Both the position numbers and the translations under genes were made by a program. DNA of 64,000 nucleotides from the human T2T-CHM13v2.0 reference genome, Homo sapiens: assembly GCF_009914755.1 (NCBI RefSeq), contig NC_060935.1; one strand, written 5' to 3'. The notes under the pieces are model-generated. The model ran no database searches, was not told the origin of the DNA, and saw only the letters and a list, made by a program, of their open reading frames with translations. This document shows, one piece after another, positions 1-11,779 of this stretch. The stretch's first letter is position 1; each line of letters begins with the position of its first letter.

Positions 1-458
1 ACCCTCCCCACATACCCTGAGAGTACCAGAGTTTAGCCTTGCGCCTCTCCCATTGCTCGGACTCCATAACACAGAGCTGTCCCTGGGACAAGAACACACC
101 TTTCCAGAGATCGGGTCAGCCTGGTTAGTCCAGGTGGCCAGCGATCCTGGAATAGAGTTGAGTGGTCGATGGTGGCCACCTTTGTGGGGAGGAGGTCCAG
201 GTCTTCAGATCTTGTGAACCAGACGCGAGTAGGTTCTGAGGCAGGGCAGCCCACGGTGCTGGGTGGTATCATCTGGCCTCACAGTGACCGGCCAAGGGCT
301 CGGGGAGCCAGGGTTCCTGGCAAAAGCCAGCGGGGACGCCGGGTGTTCTGGGAGAGGCTGGTCTGTCCGTAAGCTGGCCCGGCTTTGATATGGAGCTGCA
401 CGTTCACCTGGAGGCAGGGTCCTAAAGGTAGAGAGGCTGCTGCGCCCCTCCTTGCTCT

Positions 459-548
459 TTCCAAGCAGACCTGGCCTGCAGGAAAGGCCTCACACTGGGA
501 CAGGCTGGAGAGGCCACTGTGGTTGGGGAAGGTTCCAGGAGGGCAGGC
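459..548 (-). pseudogene. Exon remnant: best-preserved GCC2/GCC3 repeat
   Basis: Single frame ACPPGTFPNHSGLSSLSQCEAFPAGQVCLE; the F in FPAG is TTT, one substitution from Cys TGT. Confidence 0.8.
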
Positions 549-890
549 GTGGAGGGAGCACAGGAACTGGGGGAGCCTGCTACCACCAGAGAGTTGGGGG
601 AGTCCGGGTAGAGTCCAGCGTCCTGGGGAGTCGCAGCAAGGTCCTGCCGTGCCCACGGCCTGCTGCGTGGCTCTCCACGGTATCCTGGTCTCTCTGAGTT
701 CCCTTCCCCATGGACAAGGCCATGGTGACAGCTCCACAGAAGCCTCCTGAGCATGGGAACCTGAGACAGTGCTGGGCCTCGGTGCTCCAAGGTGGGTCCT
801 GGACCCCCAGGCTGGCTGAGCGGGAGCCTTGATCTGGAGGGAGTGGCCCTTGCCAAACCCGAGGAGGGCAGAGGCCTGGAGAAGCCTCAC

Positions 891-949
891 CTTGACAGGG
901 GCTGAGGCTCTGAAGGTGGTGGGGAGGACTCTGAACCCCCTTGGGCCAC
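891..949 (-). pseudogene. Candidate exon remnant (59 bp)
   Basis: Acceptor ttcttaatggcag| and donor caag|gtgagg; protein motif weak (..LQSLSPCQG). Confidence 0.4.
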
Positions 950-1914
950 CTGCCATTAAGAAATGGCAGGCACTTAAGCCAGTGTGCATGCTACACCTGG
1001 CTGTGTCAGCCCATCCTGGGAACGGGCCCTGTCTGGGAACGCCCCACCCCTGTCTGCTGCAGCGAGGTGAAGATCAGCACCTTGCCAGCATCCCCTGGCA
1101 GCCCTTTCTGTCTGTGCTATGAATTCTCTCTCACTTTTTCTTTTACCCAACACCATCTACATGGCTGTTCGTGCACAGGACTTTGATTTCTGTGATGTGC
1201 TCTGATGTGCGTCGACTGTATTTTATCTACCCATGACTGCACTGCTGGCTCCTGCAGCCATCAGAACCAACCTTTAATTAACATCACTGTATATACGGCT
1301 TATAGATTCAAAGGAGTTATTGAAGTTAGTCTTAAGACAGAATCCAAATGATGGGGTTTTATGCACTGGAAATGGCCCTTGAGGGGAAGGATGAGATTAC
1401 CATTCCTGGGGAACTGTGGGGCTACGGTGGTGGAAAGGGGAGTTGCTGGTAATCCCTTCCCTCATTCTCACCCAGCGTGCATAAAATGCTGCTTCCTTTC
1501 CTAGCACATGTGCATTCCAATTCCTCCATTCTAATTTGATATATTTTTATCCAGGCACACATCTCCTCTGACAGGCAGGTGTCATTTGCTGGATTCTCTT
1601 TCTACCTTTTCTCTAAAACCTTTACTCATTTGCCAATCTTGGCAGACAGCTGGCATAATTTTTTATAGGTCCGGAATTTTATAATAGACTGGCATTATTT
1701 TGAGTTCTGGATGCCCCCATTTTTTAAAATGTCTTAAGAAAAGTCTCTGAGATATGGAAATGAAAACATGAAAAAGTTTAATTTCCTGCCTGAAATGGAG
1801 ATGAAGAAGAGAAAATGTCAGAACAAACACAGATTAATTAATAGTAATATAAATTATCCTTTTTCTTTAATGAAAGAGGAATCATGCTTGGCAGATGTAT
1901 GAGGGAAAATGCCT

Positions 1915-2110
1915 GCCTGGCTCTTGGATTTAGAGAAATCTGAATTTGCATCCTGGCACTGTGTGACCTTGAAGAAGTTATTAAGTGCCTCTAGGCCTTC
2001 ATTTTTAAATATATAAAATAGGGATGGCTTTCTGCACTCATAGGACTTGTGTGAGGATTAAACGAGATGCGATATCAGAGGATACCTCATGTGGGTTCAG
2101 GCACTGATTA
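1915..2110 (+). mobile_element. MIR
   Basis: MIR core tgtgtgaccttg...ataaaataggga...gtgtgaggattaaacgagat. Confidence 0.75.
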
Positions 2111-2209
2111 GCATCTGAGCTTTGCCATCATCCTTAAGCTACAGATTGGATGGAGGAAGGTCAGCGTGAACCAGCCTGAGGGGTCCTGCGGTTCCTGTGG
2201 AAGGCTCAC

Positions 2210-2386
2210 CTGTGGAGGGGGACAAAGTCCTTCTGAGCACCCACGCTGAGGCTGGGTTTCTCTGAGGCCCCCAGCTGACTGTGGACGCAAACACCCCCTG
2301 CTTCCCCCTCTCGCCAGGAGCTCCTGACCCTGTGAGCTCCAGGCAGCTCTTTACTGAACAGATCTTGATACCCAGGGGAACATTTC
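2210..2386 (-). pseudogene. Candidate exon remnant (177 bp, phase 1-1)
   Basis: Acceptor gcttcag| and strong donor ccacag|gtgagc; fragments KCSPGY, SVKSCL and GCSEGLCPP in different frames. Confidence 0.45.
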
Positions 2387-3029
2387 CTGAAGCAATTGCA
2401 CGCTTGCATTTTATGCTTGGAAATTCCACTTAGGCTGTGCTCCTAGGGAAGGAGTCTGGACCCTGCCTCAGACCAGGGGCCCTCCAGCTGCCCCCTGTGA
2501 TCCTGTCTCTCTGGAGGGGATGCTGTGCTCACCCCAGGCATTCATGGGGGCCCCTGGAATCCTCTACCAGATCAGATTAGCTAAGAGCTAGAGCTGGTGC
2601 CAGAGCAGACTGGGAACCACCTGGTGGCTAAGACCATTTTCTCCAGCTTCCGTGATGGTGTGACTAAGTGTGGCCCGAGGGGAGAGAGGGGAATTAATAA
2701 TTGGTTCCGAGGTAAATTGATAGAGGAGATATAATGAGGAATGCTGACTTTGTGTGATATTGCTTGGTGCTCCTGTGCAATGATTGGATTTGCAAAGTCC
2801 GTGACTCAGCTCGTTCTTTGGGAAGTGAACCCTTAAAAATTGAGAGCTAATGAGAGCAGCCGTGTCCCTCTGATGCCAAGGTTCAGAACCTGGAGCCACG
2901 TGGGAGAAAGGCCATGAGAAATGGAGAAGAGTCTGCATCAGAAATGGCATGAGGGGCCCTGCAAACTGACCCCATTCCTTCTGGAATCGCTTCTCCTCTG
3001 GCTGGTAAGTGTGTACTTCTTTCTCCCAC

Positions 3030-3273
3030 AGGCTCCTGTAAGTGGTGCTGGCTCTGCTGTCCACCCAAGGCAGCCGTCCCTGTGAGCCCCTGGTGAGCCG
3101 GGCTCCCGCCCTGTGAGGTACACACCCTGCAGGCGCAAGAGGGGTGCAGATGGGCTGAGTGCTGGGGGGATAAAGGCAGGAGGGGACTGAGAGGAAGGCT
3201 GGGTTGGACCGGGAGCCAGCTGGGCAGGGGCATTTATTGGGCACCACCGGGGCATACACAGTCCGGGTGCTAC
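3030..3273 (-). pseudogene. Exon remnant(s)
   Basis: Acceptor ctgctccacacttcag|G then GSTRTVYAPVVPNKCPCPAGSRSNPAFLSVPSCL; downstream DGCLGWTAEPAPLTG. Confidence 0.65.
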
Positions 3274-3394
3274 CTGAAGTGTGGAGCAGGGTGAGGACAA
3301 GAAAATGGAGAAAAGAAAAATCCCTGCTATTGGGTAGCTTAAGACTTGTGCTGGAAAATCAGTGGATCTGAGCAAGGTGCAGAGGAAGAGTGTG

Positions 3395-3500
3395 AGTCCA
3401 GGAATGCAGCAGTTGATGCTCCAGGCCTCACAGCGCTGGGCCCAGGGCCGGCTGACTGCACTGTACACCCAGACAGGGCAGCTCAGGGTGGAGTTATCGC
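3395..3500 (-). pseudogene. Exon remnant
   Basis: SCPVWVYSAVSRPWAQRCEAWSINCCIPGLT fits the spacing CPxGxYS..C..C..C..GLT. Confidence 0.6.
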
Positions 3501-3852
3501 AGGCCTCATCCAATTAGAGACTAAAAGTGTCCCCTACTCTTACTGTTCATGGTGACCTTGTGAGTCACCAATCTTCTATCTGATGCTAAATATTATTTTA
3601 ATGGGTTTTGATATTTTAAATATAAACCATAGACGCACTCAGAACAGATGATTCTTATTTTATCACGTGGCTTTCTGAAGAGCTGTGCGTGTAGCTCTAT
3701 GCAGGTAGATCTGGGTGAAAGCAACGGTGCAAAGTGGCTTCTGCCCTTCCAAGCTTTGGCAACTCAGCAGGGAGGTGCTGGTTCCTTCTCCCACCTACGC
3801 TCCCTGTCAGGGCTGATCCTCAGTAATGGGCAGTGTGGTCCTCGCTTTTTCA

Positions 3853-3960
3853 CCTGTTATCTGTCACCGACAGCAGCAAATCAGGCAAGGGCTGTGCAGA
3901 GCCCACACAGGGAGCATGGCAGAGCAGCGGCCCTGAGGCTGCAGGATGGAGCCAACGCAT
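3853..3960 (-). pseudogene. Exon remnant
   Basis: QPQGRCSA / frameshift / CVGSAQP, then aacag|gtgaaa. Confidence 0.5.
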
Positions 3961-4354
3961 CTCTCAGTTAAGAGCCAGGGGTCTGGGTTCCTTTCCACCT
4001 TTGCACCATCAAGCGGTGTGGCCTCTTACAAACCCTCAGTGCTGGTATCCTTGGTCCCTTCTGATTGCCACAAAGGGTCAGGAGTGGGGGCTGGACCACA
4101 ATGAGAAAGTCCCTTCAAATTGTGACCATTTGTGGTTGAACTGTGTGACTTACAGCACGGAGATTCTGAGTCGCTTTGATAGGAGCTAGAGTTTCAAGGT
4201 TAAAAACAAGGTGAGTACAATATTGAGATAAGTAGATTCTAGATTCACCCTTGGAGACTGGCACAGTTTGTAGGTGTGGAGGAATGGGAACACAGCCCTG
4301 AGATCGAAGATGAACAAAAGGGAATAATCCAAGAGGAAAAGCTCAGAGGGTGGG

Positions 4355-4447
4355 TAGGTGTGGGGACAGGAGAGGCAGGACCAGCCCTGAAGAGCACAAG
4401 TAAATGTGGCCTGTCCTCGTCTGGAGCTGCTGAACACCCCGAGACAC
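4355..4447 (-). pseudogene. Exon remnant
   Basis: Acceptor cccctctcag| then CLGVFSSSRRGQATFTCALQGWSCLSCP. Confidence 0.55.
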
Positions 4448-4509
4448 TGAGAGGGGAGGGGTGAGGTCACCTCCCCTTCCCAGGCCTGTGTGTGGGTCTC
4501 TCTCTCTGT

Positions 4510-4510
<1 letters not shown>

Positions 4511-4548
<38 letters not shown>

Positions 4549-4553
4549 GCACA
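4511..4553. repeat. (CA)n microsatellite
   Basis: Direct reading. Confidence 0.95.
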
Positions 4554-4774
4554 GCATGAGGTATGCACATGGTCTCAGCTGACATCTGAAAGCATGGGAG
4601 TGCTTTATCTGCGCTGAGATCTCTCCCGCCGTCTTCCTGGGAGAGGAGGAACGGGTGCTTTACCACAGCCGAGCGTTAGGGGGCGCCAGAGGAGCTGATA
4701 TCGGACTTGCTTAGAGGAAGATTTAGAAATGATTTTTGCTCAGAAAGGAAAAGCCGGGAGCATAAACACATCAA

Positions 4775-4900
4775 AAGGCCTCTGCAGCTGTGCTCCCTGC
4801 TAGCGAGGGGCTGGCCCTGGCTGAGTCCTCTGGTGGCTGTTGGAGATTTCCAGCCTGCCTCAAAGGGCCGTGCTTCTGCTCCAGCGCCAGGAGCCAAGGC
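4775..4900 (-). pseudogene. Exon remnant abutting an L1 fragment
   Basis: RPFEAGWKSPTATRGLSQGQPLASREHSCRG resembles PCEAGxFS..GLSQCQPC with Cys losses. Confidence 0.5.
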
Positions 4901-6183
4901 TAGCCCAAGGTCATACAGATTTTTTTCCTGTTTTCTTCTCAAAGTTTTATAATTTTTGATTTTACATTTATTTCTATGATCTACTGTGAATCAAGTTTTG
5001 TATATGGTGTGATAAAGCTCATTTAATACATAACGAATTGTCTCAGCACTGTTTGTTAAAAAATACTCTTTTTTTTTTTCTGCTGAAACGCCTTTGTACT
5101 TTTGTGGAAAATTAATTGTGTATATATACTTGGGTCTATTTCTGGCCCCCCTAGTTTCTTCCCATGGGTCTATTTATTATCTGCATTTATGACAAGATCA
5201 CACTGGTTTGAGTATTGCAGTTTTATAGTAAGTTTTGAATCAGATGTTAGGCCTTTAACTTTGTCTGTTGTACTTTCTGATAAATTTTAAAATGATGTTA
5301 TTACGCATATATTCAGTAGTTTGATTTAGCTGTTCCACAATGTATATACATTTATCAATCTTCTTGTACACCACAAATATTTATAAATTTTGTCAATTGA
5401 AAAAATAAACAAAAATGTAAAACAAATTATTTTATGAATTTCTTAAACAATATTTCTGGGACTTGGAATTGCATCAAATATATAGATCAATTTGGGCATA
5501 TTTGGTAAGATTATTGGGTCTTATGACCTATGGACATGGTGTATTTTCTCTGTTACTTAGGCTTTTTATTTTCACTCAGCATTACTTTATAGTTTTCGGT
5601 GTATAGGTGTTGCATGTCTTTGCCTTACTTGATGCTAAATATTCCTACTTTTTATCTTATTCTAAAGTGTATTCTAAGCATTTCAAGTTCCAAATATCGT
5701 TTGTAAGTATTACAGAATAAAGTTTATTTTTTGACATGAATACATGCTTTCAGATAGGCTTTATTTTTTAGAACAGTTTTAGATTTACCAAAAAATTGAG
5801 AGGGTAATATAGAGTCCCCTACCCCCGCACCCAGGTTCTCCTATTGTAAATATCTTACATTAGCATGGACAGTTGTCACAACTGATGGGCCTATGCTGAT
5901 GCAGTAACTAAAATCCACACTCCATTCCAGTTTCTTTCATTTTCCCCTAACGCCCTCCCCCGTTTCAAGATCCCATGCGGAATCCTAGGTTACTTTCAGT
6001 CGTCATGTCTTCCTGGCCTCACTTGGCTATGAGTGGCTCAGGCTTCCATTGTCTTGGACAATCTTGACAGTTTTGAGGGCTACTCAGGTGTTCTATAGAG
6101 TGTCCCTCACCTGGGATTTGTCTGATGTTTTCCTTATGGCTAGACAGGGGTTATATATTTTTGGGAGGAAGGGGGATCACAGA

Positions 6184-6400
6184 GGTGAAACGTGCCATTC
6201 TCATCCCACTGTATGAAGGTATGGACTCAATGCCAGTGTTCCCAACCTTGGTCATGGTGAAACGTGCCATTCTCATCCTGCTATATGAAGGTATGGACTC
6301 AATGCCAGTGTTCCCAACCTTGGTCGTGGTGAAACGTGCCATTCTCATCCCACTGTATGAAGGTATGGACTCAATGCCAGTGTTCCCAACCTTGGTTGTG
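6184..6400. repeat. Tandem repeat, 3 x 72 bp, inside L1MC-type sequence
   Basis: ggtgaaacgtgccattctcatcc... starts at 6184, 6256 and 6328. Confidence 0.95.
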
Positions 6401-7401
6401 GGGCTGAGGCAGTGGTCACCAGGTTTCTCCACTGTAAAGCTGCTCCTTTCCCTGCCCCTCATATTGCACTCTTTGGAAGGAAGTCACTATGCACAGCCCA
6501 TGCTTCAGGAGAGGGGTCATGCTACCCCTTCTTGAGGGCAGGGAATCTACAGGGATTTGAAATTCTTCTGCATGGGACAGTGGTCTCATCTTCCCAAGTT
6601 ACTCACTTATTCAATCATTTCTTTATATCAGTACGGACTCATGGATATGTACTTTATACTTTGGGCTATAATCCAATAATTGTTTATTTTGTGGCTTAAC
6701 TGTGTTCTACTTTTGGCCATTGGACATACATTCAGCTGGCTCCTCTGTTTCTTACCATTATCCACATGGTTTTAAAAATGGGTTGGTTTTTCCTTTTTTT
6801 TTTTCAGCGCGTTTTAAATTTCTGGGACTATAAGATGTTTCAGGCTTACCTTTTCTATTTCTTGCCCCAGTCTTAGAGTCAACCATTTCTGCAGTAAGCC
6901 CTGATTTCTTTTGTGGAGAATGACATTAGAAACCAAGATCTGGGTGCTAGGTACATTTGACTTTTGTATAATGAATGTGTATCCTGCAAACTTGCATTCA
7001 TTATTATGTGTGTGTGTTTTGTAGTTTTTATTTTTTTTAAATTTAAATAAGCTTGTAATCTGTGAAAATAGGCAGTTTACTCATTTATTTATTTCTACTC
7101 AATCTGATTGTCTTCTTCTTCTTTTTTTTTCTAATTTAGCTGTTTAGAACTCCCAAAACAATAATAATTTTAGAGATAAGAACCATACAGTCTCTCCTGT
7201 TACTAATTTTAGGGGAAAATATAGAATATTTCAGCATTAAGTATGATATTAATTATAGGTTTTTAATAGATTCCCATTATCAGGTTGATAGCTGAGAGAT
7301 TTTACTAGGAATAGATGTTGGATTTTGTCTGCATCAATTGAGATAATCACATGGTTTCTCTATTTTAATTACTGAATTACAATGAATGATTGATTTTTGA
7401 A

Positions 7402-8070
7402 TGTTTTCTGACACTAAACACCACCACTTTAAGTGGTAAATTCCCAGAAAACTCTCCACACTCCAGAAACCAGCCACATTTGGGGTCCCCAGGCCACCTG
7501 CACTTCTGACTAATTGGCTACAAGTATAGAGTACTTCCCAATCTTCCTCAAATTCAATAGTTCAATAAATGACTCACACAAACCATATAAACATTATCAT
7601 TACAATTTGATTCTAAAGGACACAAATCAAGATCAGCCAAATCAAGAGACACAGGACAAAATCTGAGAGGATCTCAAGCATACAGCTTTCGTGTTTTCTC
7701 CCTGTGGGATCAAGCACGTCACTATCCAGGCACATCAACTGGAAGCTCCACTAAGCCTTGGTGTCCAGAGTTTTTATGGGGCTTTATTAGGTAGGCATGA
7801 TTGAGTCGTGGGTCAGGTGAGTAAACTTCATCTGTAGCCCCTTCACTCCCTGGAGGTCAGGCTGTCTTCAAGCCCCAACCCTCTAATTACACGGCTGGTC
7901 TTTCTGGTAAAGCCCCATCCTGAGTCAGTTCATCCTTAGCATAAACTCATATGTGGTCCAAGGGGCTCCTGAATAACAAGGACACTCCTATTACTTGGGA
8001 AATTACAGGGATCTAAAGTCTCCCAGGAACCAGGGGAAAAGGCCAGTGGAATGATTCATTATACAATATA
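7402..8070 (-). mobile_element. MER21-family LTR
   Basis: ggtgtccagagtttttatggggc, ccccaaccctctaat and cccaggaaccagggg match reverse-complement MER21. Confidence 0.7.
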
Positions 8071-8963
8071 ACATTGAACCAACTTTGCGTTCCTGAAATA
8101 AGCTCCACTAGGTTATGATGCATTTTTTAAAAATGTATTGTTGGGTTCATTTCTATAATTTTGCTTAGAAATTTTGCACCTGTGTTCATGTGGGATGATG
8201 ACTTACAGTTTTATTTTCTTGTAATGTCTTAGTGTAGTTTTGGGATGAAGGTAATTCTTGCTTCAAAAAATCTATTGGGAAATAATGTATCCTTTTAATT
8301 TTTTTGCAGGTTTGTGACAGATTGGCATAATTTCTTCTGTATGTACTTTGTAGAATTCACCAGTGGAACTATCTGGGCCTTCAGTTTTCTTTATGGGAAG
8401 GTTTTACAGTAAAAATTCACTTTCTAATATAGAGAGAGGTTTGTTCAAGTTTTATATGACTGTTCTTGCATTGTCTTTGATAGTTTGTATCTTCAAGTAA
8501 TTTTTCCATCTTATCCAAGCTCTCAAATGCACTGACATAAAGCTGCTCGGGATATTCCGTTATTACCCTCTCAGCCTCTGATCTGCAGTGATGCACCTTC
8601 TACCCTTTCTGGTCTTGGTAATTTATGACTCCCATCAGTCCGATGAATTTTTATCAATTTTTAATCTCATCAAAGCTCTTGATTTTCTCTTCTATTAAAA
8701 TGTTTTCTACCTCATTTTTCCCTTCTTTCGTCTGCATCATTTCCTGTCTTCAAATCACTTTGGATTTAATGTTGGGTTTTCCTTTACATCCAGTTCAAAT
8801 TATTTTATAATTTCAATTTTTATTTCTTTATTGGCATGAGTGGCTATTTAAATAATAAGTATATTATGTAGTTTTCAAACAATTGGAAATTTTTAAGAGA
8901 TGCTTTTATTATTGATTTCTAATGTAATTGTATTGTGGTCGGGGAACATATTTTGTATGTGCC

Positions 8964-9391
8964 TGATATGGTTTGGATGTTTGTTTCCTCCAAATCTCAT
9001 GTTGAAATGTGTCCCTCAGTGTTGGAGGTGGGGCCTGGAGGAGATGACTGTGTCCTGGAGACAAAGCCCTCATGCACAGCTTGGTGCCCTCCTCATGGTG
9101 AAGAGTGAGTTCTTGCTCTATCAGTTCCTGCAAGGGCTGTTTGTTTAAAAGAACCAGGCACCTCCCTCCTCTGTCTCTTGGATTCTCTCTGGCCATGTGG
9201 TCTCTGCACACACAGGCTTCCCTTCAACTTTTCACTTTCCACTATGACTGGAAGCTTCCCGAGGGCCTCACCAGAAGCAAATGCTGGCACTGAGCTTTTT
9301 GCACAGCCTGCAGAACTGTGACTGTAACTTTTTCTTTATTAATTACCCAGCCTCAGGTTTTCCTTTACAGCAACACAAATGGATGAAGACA
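8964..9391 (+). mobile_element. MST (MSTB-like) MaLR solo LTR
   Basis: tgatatggtttggatg...aattacccagcctcagg...gaagaca. Confidence 0.85.
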
Positions 9392-10352
9392 ATTCCTCCG
9401 ATTCTTTTAAATGTATTTGAGACTTTTTCTGGCCTATTATATGGTCTGTGTTAGAAAATATTCTGGGTTCAGTTGAAAAGAATGCTTACTGTGATATTTT
9501 AGGTGTTAATATTCATTAAATGTCAATTAGATCAAGTTACTTGATAGTATTTTTCAAATCTTCTATATCCTCAACAATTTTCTATTTGTTCTATTAATTA
9601 TAGACAGAATGATATTTTTCAAATGTGATTAAGCTTGTGATTTTTTTCTCCTAGTCATTCTAAGAGTTTTTGCTTCAGCGATTTCAAAACTCTGTTACTA
9701 GGCAGGTATAAAACCATTTAGGATGGTTATGTGCTCCTGATGAACTGATCATTTTTCTTATAATGAGCCATATATTCTTTTTTCTTTGTGTGCCAGATAC
9801 ATTTTTATTGGATGCCAAACATTGTTAATTTTACCTTGTTAGGTGGTGTGTGTTTGTGTGTGTGTCTGTGTCTCTGTGAGTGTATGTGTATATGTGTGTG
9901 TGTATACATATATATTGCTGTACGTATTATCTGGCTCTGTTCTGTAATTCCGTCATGTTACTGGAAATTGATTTGGTCATTTTGAGTCATAGGTTGAACT
10001 GGAGCTCTATTTGGTGTAGGGGTAGTTATTTTTCACTACAGAGAAAAGACCCTTCTATGTACTGTAGCTGATGTCTCATGTCCTGTGAGGTTTTCCAGTC
10101 TGGCTGGTGGAGGCACACACTGTCCTTATTTCTGTGTGAATCTGCTGGACACTGCTGCGTCTAATCCTTTTGGGTATTTTCGTGACAATGGGTAACTTAC
10201 TTACACCCGTGCACTGATAAGCACCCAATCATCCAGCTTTTATTTTTAATACTAAAGTGAGAAAAGCAAATCTGGGAGGAATTTCACGTGCTCTTTTCAA
10301 AGCCAAATGTAAATTTTCTACCTTTTTAGTCTCCACGCCTTTGATTCCCTTT

Positions 10353-10488
10353 CCCCAATTAGACAGGCACTTGAGGACTGGGTGCATATGTGAATGGGAT
10401 GAGTCTTTCCTGCCACAGGTCCCCAATTAGACAGGCACTTGAGGACTGGGTGCATATGTGAATGGGATGACTCTTTCCTGCCACAGGT
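10353..10488. repeat. Tandem duplication, 2 x 68 bp
   Basis: ccccaattagacaggcac...gccacaggt at 10353 and 10421, one mismatch. Confidence 0.95.
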
Positions 10489-10489
10489 G

Positions 10490-10866
10490 ATGGCACAGGA
10501 GGACAGAGTCCAACGGCACCTTGGGACTTGTTCTGGCTAAGGTGCCATATGTGACTTAGGCCACTGTACGCCAAGTGGGTCCCAGGCAGGGATCCATCTC
10601 CCTGGAGGGAGGAGAAGGAGTCTCCTGGGACTTATTAATTCTAGTGTCTTATTGATTATTAACAACTTCATACTGATAAGCTCGGCAATTGAAGAGACTT
10701 GGATGAGTCCTTGGAAGGACATGGAAGGACGTGCAGATGTGTTTGGGGGGCTTCCAGCTCTTTCTGCAGGTGGAGCTTTTCTGTTCCTCCAGTTGTGCCG
10801 CTTATGAGAGACTAGACTCTCTCCATCTTTTCTGTGAGCATCCAGTGGGTTTCATGGAGATAATAC
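10490..10866 (-). pseudogene. Exon remnants
   Basis: Acceptor ttttcttgtag| at 10866, then GIISMKPTGCSQ and ISGTTGG (10785-10802); at ~10540-10595 DPC / LPGTHLAYSGLSHIW. Confidence 0.6.
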
Positions 10867-11486
10867 CTACAAGAAAAGTGTGGCCTTTCCCCACATCTCC
10901 ACCCACAGTGGCTTTGCCCTCTCTCAGCAGTGCATAAACAGGCTGCAGCGGAAGACCAGCTGCTCACGACGAACGCTTCTCCCTGGTGCCCCACTGCCTC
11001 CAGCCTGAGTTCAGTCAGTACTCAGCTGCAAATCTCGTCTCTAAATCCCAGGCAATGTGGCTGTCCTGTCACCTCAGCATTCCAAGGGGGTCAAGAAAAG
11101 TTGTGAACTTGCTGTTTATCTGAATTATTTATTGCAAGTTTGGGAACAACACTCTTTCCAACTCTCCAGGCAGAAATAGGAAAGCCTCTGCATGCTTCTG
11201 GAGTACTTTTTGGTATCATTGTTTGCTCCTAAATAGTCTTATTCGCTACACTCTTTATATTTAGTGGTTTTCTTTATACACACACACACACACACGCACA
11301 CAAACACACACACAAGTTAGCAAAACTTAGCAGTCTAAGTAAACCACTTCCTGTAAAATGCTGGAAACTTAGGAAATTGTTTCATTTACACCTCATGTCC
11401 TTTGCACTATTTCTCATGATTTTTGTGCATGTTATAAATCCCAAATGCATGGCTATTATTTTTCATTTAAACAGTTTATTATCTAT

Positions 11487-11779
11487 TTTTTTTTTCCTGA
11501 GACAGAGTCTTGCTCTGTCACCCAGGCTGGAGTGCAGTGGTGTGATCTCGGCTCACTGTAACCTCTGCCCCCTGGGTTCAACCAGTTTTCCTGCTTCAGC
11601 CTTCTAAGTAGCTGGGATTACAGGCATGTGCCATCATGCCCAGCTAATTTTTGTATTTTTAATAGAGACGGGGTTTCACCGTGTTGGCCAGGCTGGCCTT
11701 GAACTTCTGACCTTGTGATCTGCCTCCCTCAGCCTCCCAAAGTGCTGGGATTACAGGCATTGAGCCATCGCACCTGGCC
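11487..11779 (-). mobile_element. Alu (AluS)
   Basis: Full antisense Alu dimer. Confidence 0.95.

Larger units (their letters stand above)
4920..10230 (-). mobile_element. Old L1 (L1M-type) fragments with nested insertions, including an L1MC-type 3' end at ~5760-6950
   Basis: T-rich antisense L1 ORF2/3'UTR text (e.g. gaattcaccagtggaactatctgggcc; agaaaccaagatctgggtgctagg). Confidence 0.75.

Noticed and set aside
279-989. 236-aa minus-strand ORF as an intact CDS
   Set aside because: Only ~30 aa match a domain, and the ORF runs through apparent introns and splice sites
2588-3513. 223-aa and 191-aa overlapping ORFs as genes
   Set aside because: Motifs are split between frames, which fits a frameshifted pseudogene in GC-rich DNA
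6125-6535. 136-aa repeat ORF
   Set aside because: Produced by a 72-bp triplication inside L1-derived sequence
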